Origin: Chrysomallon squamiferum
Lineage: Eukaryota; Animalia; Mollusca
Length of the DNA stretch: 64,000 nt
NCBI GenBank assembly: GCA_012295275.1
Contig: CM022674.1
Coordinates: forward strand, 4,836,001 to 4,900,000
Reading direction: 5' to 3'
Of this stretch, positions 43,850-64,000 are shown piece after piece (the first letter of the stretch is position 1; every line of letters starts with the position of its first letter). The notes below the pieces were generated by a model that was not told where the DNA came from, ran no database searches, and saw only the letters and a list, made by a program, of their open reading frames with translations. The position numbers and the translations under genes were made by a program.

Positions 43850-44621
43850 ATAATTCACGTTACACATTTCATTAACTGTAGTAATTCATTTTAAAGATTA
43901 TCATAACTAAGTTATATATCATTTTATAAAGTTCAGTAACCCAAGCAATAAAATTCTATAATTTATGATTAAATTCAATAATTCGTGTTATAAAGTTCTA
44001 TTAAGTCACAACTTATATACAGGAACTTTTATGAAGTTATGAAATTCAACAAATCATAAAACTCCATAACTCGTATGATTAAATTGATTAACTCACATGA
44101 CTAAACTGAGTAACTGGTGTTCTAAAAATCTATAACTCAAATTGTAAAATTCAATAATTTGTTACAACAGTCTATAACTTACAGTTAAATGTACTAACTC
44201 ATTTACAATGTACCTCTTTTCAAAATGCAATAGCTTATGTAATTCACATAACTGAATTCAATAATTCATCATACAAAATTCTATAACTCATGATTAAATT
44301 CAACAATATGTCAAAAATTCAATAATTCATGTTAAACAGTTCAATAAGTCATTATAATAATGAATAACTCACATGAAAACTGATTTGGACTGAGAAGATA
44401 AATAGTTCAATAACTCATTGTAACAATAACTCACATGAAAACTGATTTCGATCAAGAAGATATAAAGTTCAATAACTCTTAACAATGAATAAAGTTCAAT
44501 AACTCAATATAAAAATGAATAACACACATGAAAACTGATTTGGATTGAGATGATATAAATTTCAATAACTCAATATAAAAATGAATAAAACACAATGAAA
44601 ACTAATAAAAATATAAAGTTC
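43850..44621. repeat. Degenerate AT-rich minisatellite (about 22-bp core; longer units near the gene) in the GCNT 3'UTR
   Basis: aaRttcaataactc and cacatgaaaactgattt recur. Confidence 0.75.
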
Positions 44622-44960
44622 TGTTTTCAAGTTCAGTTGTTGTTCTGTTTAATTTAATCTGGTTTATGACAAAGTCCAGAGATGCATAAAAAGAAGCATT
44701 AATATGTCTTTTTCCTTCCATTTCTTCTTTCACTTTCCTGAAATACTGCTCCTCTACGCAGTCATAGGCCAGGGGTTCAAAACCCTGGTGGAATTTGTTT
44801 GCAAAGAGTTCTTTACGACCCTCCAACTTTGGCAAATCACCAATCCCATAAATGCAGATATCACGAACATACTTTCCATAGCACTGGATGTTCTTTAGAT
44901 TACTTTCAGTCTGCCACATTTTAAATCTTGCCAGGAATACTTTTGTAGAATTTTCTGTAA
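44602..44960 (-). CDS. GCNT1: GCNT last exon: (V)TENSTKVFLARFKMW...LYFY*
   Basis: aatag| acceptor (in-frame alternative tacag| 6 nt downstream); TAG at 44604-44602. Confidence 0.9.
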
Positions 44961-46580
44961 CTATTAAAAATAATTAAAAAACAGAAAAAGAAAAGAAAAA
45001 AGTAAAACATAAATAAATTAAGACAATAACAACTAAAAAAGAATTAAGTTCATATTTAAACAAACAGTAAAAAACACTGTATTTATATAATCCTAGTAGG
45101 ACCTACTTTAATAGACTAAAGAATTAACAGATAATGCATTTCACTTGTATGATCCAGGAAAACCTACCTGGTTTATCATCATGGACAGACTGACAGACAA
45201 TACATGTCACCATACTCATACAATTGTAATTTTGTTTTAAGATGATGGACTCAGACTAACTGAGGTCACAGACAATGATATTTCCATAATATCAAGCTTT
45301 GGTTTAAGATAATGGAAAGACTAACAGATATCCAGACAGAAAGACTAACAGATATCCAGACAGACAATACGTACCAGTGTATTTATAAGTTCCTGGTAGA
45401 CCTAACTGTGGACTGTGGTTTAAGGTGCTGAAGAAAGTTTCGTCAGGGATTGAAGTGTTTTTCAACCAGTTCATGAAACGATTAACTGCAGCTGAGGAGA
45501 AAGCATGTTCAAGAAAATCTCTGCTAGCAATCATGTGAATTGATCCTTTCTTTGGCACCAGACCATCAGGAGGCTTGCCTGCCTTTTCCCATCTCATTCT
45601 TTTGTCATCTACACTAGAAATATAGAAATATTTAAAAAAAAAAAAAAAAATCAGCTTTCTGTTCAATTTAATATATAAATATATATATTCATGTAGCAGC
45701 AGACACTTAAACACAGATTTTCATATACAGATATATGTACACAGGCATACAGAATAGATATATACATTCACAGAATATGATATAGAATTAAACTCTATTA
45801 TATTTAAATAAAACTATATATAAAAGCCATGACTGATTTTATACAAAATTCAAATGTTTAGCTACACGAAGCTTAATTAACAACACTGTGGTATTAATTG
45901 TTAGAATCCAAATACCTTAATATTATCATACAACAATGAATACAAAAAACAAAAATGCACATATATATATAATCCATTAACTTACTTTGGGTCGTATTGT
46001 ATATCATTAGCACCATTATATGCCATCAGAATCTCCACCAGTTCATGATTTGTCTTCAGTGGAAATTCCTGTCCCGTGAGATTGATGTAGTACTTCCACT
46101 TGTATTTAAAAAGATCCTGAATACACACAATCTCTGGAAGCAGTACTGTCAAAGTCCCCCAGATCACTTCGAACGACGCAGACGACAGAAAAACATTGTC
46201 AAAACAGTCGACAATTCTGCTGACTGCTTTCTTAAACTCGTCTGTTGATTTCGTGTCGACGTGAATGCAGTAGACGTTGCTGGGTCGGTAGATCGCACGC
46301 AAAAGCCGCTCGAACTGTTCGACATCTTTGTACACGAGGATGCCGAAGGCGATAGGGAAGTCTCTTTCTTTGTCAGACACGTTGACGATGTAGTTGCGGT
46401 CGCTGACGAAGCGTCTGCAGTTTGCTGTCCACTTCACGTACTGGTCAGAAGTGAATGGAGAATACTGCCATTGTTTCGTAATGTCAAGTGCAACTCTCTG
46501 GTCTAGCAAATTACCCCTGAAAAGTTTGTCGCAGCTTATCTGAAGTTGAAATAATACATTTTTATTTTAAATCAAATAAC

Positions 46581-46611
<31 letters not shown>

Positions 46612-46653
46612 TTATATAAAGTTGAAATAATAAATTTTTATTTTAAATCAAAT

Positions 46654-46687
<34 letters not shown>

Positions 46688-46755
46688 TTATATAAAGTTG
46701 TAATAATAATTTGGATATTTAAATTAAAAAATTGTATATATGTGTGTGTGTGTAT

Positions 46756-46809
<54 letters not shown>

Positions 46810-46854
46810 ATATAAAGTTGTAATAATAATTTGGATATTTAAATTAAATAATTG

Positions 46855-46914
<60 letters not shown>

Positions 46915-47647
46915 TATTTAAAGTTGTAATAATAAATTCAATATTTAAATCAAATAACATTGCATCATGTGTACTTAAAGTTGCAATAATTGATTTAATA
47001 TTTAAATCAAATATATTCTCTGTATGTGTATGTCTAATAATAATAAACTGTAATAACAAATTGATAAAATAATAGTTTGAACATACATTGCCTACCCAGT
47101 AAAAAGGATATTCAAATTAAATAATATTTTCTCTGTGAGTGTCCAGTGAACATTCTTGTAATAAACTAGATGCTTAAATCAAAATAATATTTTGTTTGTG
47201 AGTATCAGACAGGAGACCAAAACATATGAAAAATGCTTGAGCCTAAATACAAGCTTTTTACAGGTCTAAATTTAAATTTCAAAATCCTATTTGATGAAAC
47301 TTTAACAAGCACAGTTCTTTAAAAAAAAAAAAAAAAATATCTTCTACGAAAAACAAATGTAAACATGCTGCATAAAAGGTGAGAATAAATATCACTAACG
47401 TAAAAAAAAACATTGTGGGTGGGTCATGGGTGGGGCTCGGGTGTGGGTGTGAATGTGAATGCCTGCATCTGTGTGTACATACCACATGGTGAACTAGGAT
47501 GTTTCCTGCTCCATTTGGATTATGATGGTAATATCTCCACACTGAAGGAACAAGTTGATACGCATGTTTTTTCATTACTGTACTGGCTAGATACAGTCCA
47601 GACAACACTGGTAATGCCAGCAGCATAATACGATGAAAAAACAACAT
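44602..47647 (-). CDS. GCNT1: Beta-1,6-N-acetylglucosaminyltransferase, core-2/I-branching (GT14, GCNT family), 438 aa
   Basis: join 47647-47483, 46539-45986, 45613-45375, 44960-44602. N-terminal type-II anchor; motifs FPIAFGILVYK, LLRAIYRPSNVYCIHVD, WKYYINLTGQEFPLKTN, PDETFFSTLN, CYGKYVRDICIYGIGDL, LFANKF. The family is secure; the exact paralogue is not. Confidence 0.93.
45375..45613 (-). CDS. GCNT1: GCNT exon: (N)VDDKRMRW...PDETFFSTLNH...YKYT
   Basis: tctag| ... |gtacgt; 239 nt. Confidence 0.92.
45986..46539 (-). CDS. GCNT1: GCNT exon: ISCDKLFRG...NGANDIQYDP
   Basis: ttcag| ... |gtaagt; 554 nt. Confidence 0.93.
46541..47200. repeat. Composite tandem array (aagttgWaataat...ttaaatcaaata + (TG)n) in the GCNT intron
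   Basis: Unit starts at about 46543, 46619, 46696, 46816, 46921, 46978. Confidence 0.85.
47483..47647 (-). CDS. GCNT1: GCNT first coding exon (type-II signal anchor MLFFHRIMLLALPVLSGLYLASTVM...)
   Basis: Acceptor tttag| before 47653; ATG 47647; donor GTG|gtatgt; 165 nt phase 0 joins ISCDKLFRG. Confidence 0.75.
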
Positions 47648-48981
47648 TGTAGCCTAAATATAAACAAATTAAATTACTGATAGACATATAGATAAATAGA
47701 CAGAACATAGATAGACAGATAGATAGATAGACAGATACAGACAGACAGTTAGAGATAGATAATTTATGTACAAAAATTCAAAAATAATTACTGATAGGGT
47801 GTGTGTGTGCATGTGCATATAGATATATATGATGTATGTAGATAGATTAGATACATAGACAGATAGACAACAGTTAAATAGTTTACTTATTTTAATAACA
47901 AACAAAAGTAAAAGCAATCATTTGTGGGTTTTTTCCAGTTTTCTGTTAAAATAAATTCATGAAAAAAAATGTTTAAAAAAAAGAAAGAAAAACATCTTGG
48001 TTTAACACACACACACACACAAAACACATTATTTATTACAAATTAAGATGACAAAATTTGAGAAAAGAAGAATTTTAACATACTTGTAAACACTCTGCAA
48101 TTAATTTGGCCATAATTTCTTTACTGACTCATCATTTTACTAGCTTTATAAAAGTTTATTTTATCATACTAAATTATTTCTGTTAATATTTATTCTAACA
48201 GTAAAGTAATGGGTTCTGTCTTTAAATAGGAAACATGATGTAGTTAATATTTAACTTAGCCAAAAATGAATATCATGCACAAAATGAAAATTAATGTTCC
48301 CTTTGCATATTTCATAATGACATCTATAATATAAATGGAATTTTCTCTAAAGACTGTTCAGAATTCAAATATAAAGCTGATTTATTTAAACTGTGCTGTG
48401 TTGTTTTTGTTACTGAAACTAGTTGAATGACTGATACACCCTAACGCTTTTAGATTTATATAATTTGCATCATTATATTCAGTAATTAATTAATAATAAT
48501 ATTCATTGTGCAAAACCGTTAACAATTTCAATTACTTATTCGTATTTTTAGCAAAATAATTTATTATTATTATTAATTTATACTAATTTTTGATACCACA
48601 AAATATTTTTGAAATGAATTAATGTGATTAAATTAATGATAATAATTAATACAATTTACGAAACCAAATAACGATGAAATTCTCTTCGAACTGTATACTT
48701 AATTTGAATGAATGAATAAATGATTAATTATTAACAAATGACGAAATGTAATAATATTTATATTTAATGATATTTCTTGTTGATCATATATAAAATTATT
48801 GTATAAATAATTACTACTAACACAATATAATTCGGAATACTAAATACTAAAATAGTCAAGCTTCGACAACAAACTATAAAAAACAAGATAATCCGATATG
48901 TTTGATGTTCTTGTTTAAAAGCAATGTTTAAAAAAAATAATAAAAATAATAAAACCATTTACAACTTGGAAATAATATTAC

Positions 48982-49180
48982 TTATAACAACTGTCACAAC
49001 AAAGATCCTTCGCTTTCGAAGACAGCCGAAGATTCACCATTAATCCTTCGTCCGTCCACCATTTTGAAAAGATGGGGTATCACATGGCCAAATCGAACGA
49101 TGACCGAAAGCTATCGAGTTCCCGAAGTTTGTCCGAGGTCACCGTATCTGAGTAAATCAGACTCCCGTACCATACTGCTT
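48982..49180 (-). promoter_or_regulatory. Probable GCNT first (5'UTR) exon and promoter
   Basis: Local CpG-rich island; YY1-like CAAAATGG at about 49066-49059; donor TAA|gtaata at 48981. Confidence 0.5.
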
Positions 49181-49400
49181 TCGAAAGATAATATCCTTAT
49201 AAGGAATGGTACATTATCTTCCTAAGATACGATAATTACTTTCCTCCTCAGTTAATTTTGATACATTTAATAATTTATTAATGAGTAATCTTATTTGTTA
49301 GAATTACGTCTGATTATTTTAATAAAATATACGATCATTTTAAGAGCTGGTTAATTTTATTTTCGTTACCAAACTAATGATATTTGATCAGTTTAATTTT

Positions 49401-49444
<44 letters not shown>

Positions 49445-50009
49445 TCACATTCACATTATCGGACTGATCGGAAAATGCGATGAAATTTAACCTCGTTTTC
49501 TGTGACGATTTTTAATATTTCATTTCTAAACAAACATAATATTCATAAAACACATTTCTGTCCTATTGATGAGGTATGGTCTGCTGTTGACGTTAATACA
49601 AACACCCTATTTTTCTATTTTTCGAAATCAGCTCCTACAATGACTATATAAATTCATTAGTATACTGCTAGAAGAATATTAATATATGTTGTAAATAAAT
49701 ATTTTCTGATAAAGAAAAAGAAAAACAATAATAATAAAAAGCCCCAGAACAGAATTAATAAGTAAAACAGTTTCTGGCTGTTCTTAACTGTTATTACGTC
49801 ATACATATAGAAATATTTACGCCAATTTTTCGCACACGAATATTAGTAGTTGTAGTAATAGTAAGAGTAACCTTATCTGAATAATCTTTCGCAACGACTC
49901 GAAACGTATGAGTAACTTGAGGGGAGGATCCATGATTTTAGAAAAGGGGAGGTAACTATCATTATAGCGGATACATCTTTAAAGATGACGTGACTTAGAT
50001 TACAAAGCC

Positions 50010-50054
<45 letters not shown>

Positions 50055-50270
50055 GACACTCACACACACACACAAACAGTTAGATAACGTTCGAGATACG
50101 AGGATTTGACACGTCCTGTTTTTCCGGTGTCCGTAAGTAAGTAAACATTTCCTACTCCCGGCCAAGAGGCATATTACTGTAAAGCTATGATTCACTTATC
50201 ACTGATGCGGATTTGTCGTAAAATGAAATTGTGTTCTAAGTAGCGACTGGTTTTTGTCTCTGTCTCCACA

Positions 50271-61024
<10,754 letters not shown>

Positions 61025-61121
61025 ATACCGAAGAGTTGTGTTGTCGATGCTGATGACGTTTCCTTCACTAGAGCTGGCGTCTTCTTGTTTATGTTGTTGC
61101 TTTCGTTACTATTACTATTAC

Positions 61122-61185
<64 letters not shown>

Positions 61186-61214
61186 GTTATTATTAATATA
61201 CTATTATTATTACA

Positions 61215-61247
<33 letters not shown>

Positions 61248-61564
61248 ATGATTGTTATTATTATTATTATTGTTATGATTTTTATTATCTATTGAATCTT
61301 TCTGCATCTCTCTCTCCCTCCCTCTCCCTCTCCCACACTTTTTCGAATGTTTTCCCTGAGTGTTCCAAGATCAGTTCTTCTCATCTGTTTTCTTTGTACG
61401 TTAACAAATTTATGTTGAATATTTTTGAAATAAAAAAAAAGGTTAACGCTGTCTTCATTCCTACAGTATTTTCCATACAAGTTAAAAGAAAACAAGAAAA
61501 AAAAAGAAATAATGAAATAAAACTATGTCGATTATGATGATGATGATGATAATGATGCTAATAA

Positions 61565-61638
<74 letters not shown>

Positions 61639-61755
61639 GTAATAGTAATAATAATAACAAGTATTATAGTAATAACAATAACAACATTCATAATAATAAT
61701 GATAATACTAATAGTAGTAATAATAATAATAAAAATAGCAGAATTTTTAAGACTG

Positions 61756-61839
61756 TTTATTGATCATGTTAAAGAATAACGGATAACTCGAGTGAGAGGT
61801 TCTGACATTGAAACGTCTTAGGAAGTTGGCGGAATGCAC
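61756..61839 (-). CDS. VWD gene terminal exon (A)CIPPTS* with polyA signal
   Basis: tacag| acceptor; TAA at 61820-61818; AATAAA at 61761-61756. Confidence 0.7.
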
Positions 61840-62885
61840 CTGTAATAAAAAATAAATAAAAAATAAATAAATAAACATACAAACAAACGAACAAACAAAT
61901 AAACAAATAAATAAACAAACGAACAGACAAATAATTAAGCAAAGAAACGAACAAACAAATAAACAAATAAACAAACAAACGAACAAATAAATAAACATAC
62001 AAACATCCAAACCAATAAACAAACGCACAAACAAATAAACAAACAAACGAACAAACAAAAAACAAACAAATAAAGAAGCAAAGAAATAAATAAATTTAAA
62101 AAAAATATATAAGAAATAAATAATAAATAAATAAGATAAATAAATAAATAAAATAAAACAAAATAAAATAAAATAAATATATTAATGAGTAAACAAAGGA
62201 ACCTGCAAATAAATAAGCATATAAACAAAAAATAAAAAATAAAGAAAAAGTGATTAATAATAACAGATAAGAAAAAAAAAAAAAAAAAAGAAATCGAAGA
62301 AATAAAGAAACAACGAATGAAAGAAGAAATAATGATGAAAAATATAACAAACGATTGACGAACGAACGAACGAACGAACGAACGAAAGAATGAATGTAAA
62401 ATGAGAAAAAGAAGAAAAAAGAAATAAAAAAGAAGAAGAAGAAGAAACGAGAGAATTAAATAAAGAGAAACACTTATTAAAGTCAATCTTACGCTGGATT
62501 AGAACTGTGTTGATTCGCCAAATCCCGTACAAGATACTGTTTGGCAAAATACTCCAGACCTTCTTTCCGAGAGCTGAAGCTGTCTATGGGTTTTCCTTTG
62601 ACCGACAAGTCGTCAGCAACGACGCCGTTGCAGTTGCCGCACAAACCCGTCAGCTTGCCTCTGAGGGCGCCAGGAACAAACAAGCGCACTTCCATGTTGC
62701 CGTTGTAACCGACGTTGAGGCCACAGTGAGTGGTCACCTTGATGAAGTGTTTATCCTTGGTGACGTTGTATTTCGGAGTCACAAGATTAGGTTGTACCTT
62801 TTTCCCGTTAACCTAGAAAATTATTTTATTTTATCTTATTTTATTTTATTTTATTTTATTTTATTTTATTATTATTTAATAACAC

Positions 62886-62937
<52 letters not shown>

Positions 62938-63284
62938 TCTTGCTGTTGTTACTGTAACTATAGTGGTATCAGAATATGATGCTCTGAAAAGAAAACATTA
63001 CAAAGACTCAATTTTTTCCGTTCCTACCTCCACATGCTCGTATCTCATCAGACGTATTTTATCGGATCCGATTGTCACTTCGACCATTTCCGTAAACGCT
63101 CGTGTCGGGTGATGCGACTTCGGGCGTTTCTTGTTCATGACCTCAATTCGGAAGGAACAGTTACTCTGAGCATTGGCGTATTCGGACATTAAATAACGGC
63201 ATTCGTTCAACAAGGAAACGTGCGCATTGTCGAAAGTTTTATAATGAGGATCGCCTCTGGCTTCACAGAAACAGGGTCCTGTAG
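61818..63284 (-). CDS. 3' part of a protein ending in a von Willebrand factor type D domain (FCGBP/zonadhesin/tectorin-like); 5' part probably beyond the window
   Basis: join 63284-63028, 62812-62493, 61839-61818; motifs CEARGDPHYKTFD, VNG, KLTGLCGNCNGVVADD; ends ...NPACIPPTS*. Confidence 0.88.
62493..62812 (-). CDS. VWD gene exon VNGKKVQP...GLCGNCNG...SSNP
   Basis: tctag| ... |gtaaga; phase 0-2. Confidence 0.88.
63028..63284 (-). CDS. VWD gene exon TGPCFCEARGDPHYKTFDN...YEHVE
   Basis: tttcag| ... |gtagga; phase 1-0. Confidence 0.88.
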
Positions 63285-63886
63285 CTGAAATAACAAATAG
63301 TTCTCTATGCTCACTTTATATTTTAAGTCGCCATATTAGACGGAGTAGACAGAGCAAAATTAAGCTAATGTTGGATTTTCAGAAAGAGGCTATAAATTAA
63401 AAATATGATAATAAAAAAACAATTAAAAAAGACATAAATAAAAATAAATAAAGAATAATTAAGAAATAAACTTAAATTTTAAAACGTAAGTCATTTGCTT
63501 AAAGTAATTAATTGTTCTTCTACTTATGAAAACAGCCAGATAGTACGAAAATAGCGGTTGACAAAGCCGATGGACAAAGTTTATGTTTACTCTTACCAAC
63601 AGACAACAAATAACATACTTGAAGTCACTGAGAACGGAATATAGGTCAAGAGCGAACTATAGAAAACTAATTATATGCTCTAACCAAGTAGTGATGCCCT
63701 TGAACCGCTTATAAAAAAAAAAAAAAAATGTTTAATCTACTTGTACATATGCAAGTATATATAAATACCTTTTCGTTGCGGCTTGGTAATCGGAGCTTTA
63801 GCTTTAGGGCTGGTGGTGGCTTAAATAGAAAATTATTATTATTATTATTAGCAGCAGCAGCAGTTATGGTAGTAGATGTAGTAGTG

Positions 63887-63917
<31 letters not shown>

Positions 63918-64000
63918 AAGTGGACTAGAAGTAGTATTTGCAGTAGTTAAGTAGTATGGATTCATTATTTGTTTTTATATATTCGTATCTGCATCTCTGT

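Noticed and set aside
62507-63112. 201-aa plus-strand ORF and similar antisense ORFs over vigilin and GCNT exons
   Set aside because: Shadows of real exons on the opposite strand

Overview
AT-rich, microsatellite-laden animal genomic DNA, probably a mollusc (inferred from protein style, repeat types and CpG pattern). I reconstructed four spliced genes by hand from GT-AG sites and phase continuity. (1) A vigilin/HDLBP gene on the minus strand: 23 coding exons at 32187->14094, about 1252 aa, plus two 5'UTR exons; two single-base homopolymer frameshifts are probably assembly errors. (2) A core-2/I-branching beta-1,6-GlcNAc transferase (GCNT family) on the minus strand, 438 aa. (3) A plus-strand type-I membrane receptor (signal peptide-Ig-Ig-FN3-like-TM, about 431 aa) whose tail carries an ITAM-like YEAL-x10-YEKL and two YxN motifs; most of its exons are absent from the ORF track. 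(4) The 3' end of a minus-strand gene ending in a GDPH-type VWD domain. The first 12 kb and 36.3-43.8 kb have no supportable coding sequence. Most notable: the ITAM-like Ig receptor between a mucin-glycosylation enzyme and a VWD protein; tandem duplications that repeatedly copy exon-intron junctions of vigilin; and a Tigger4/MER46-like MITE.
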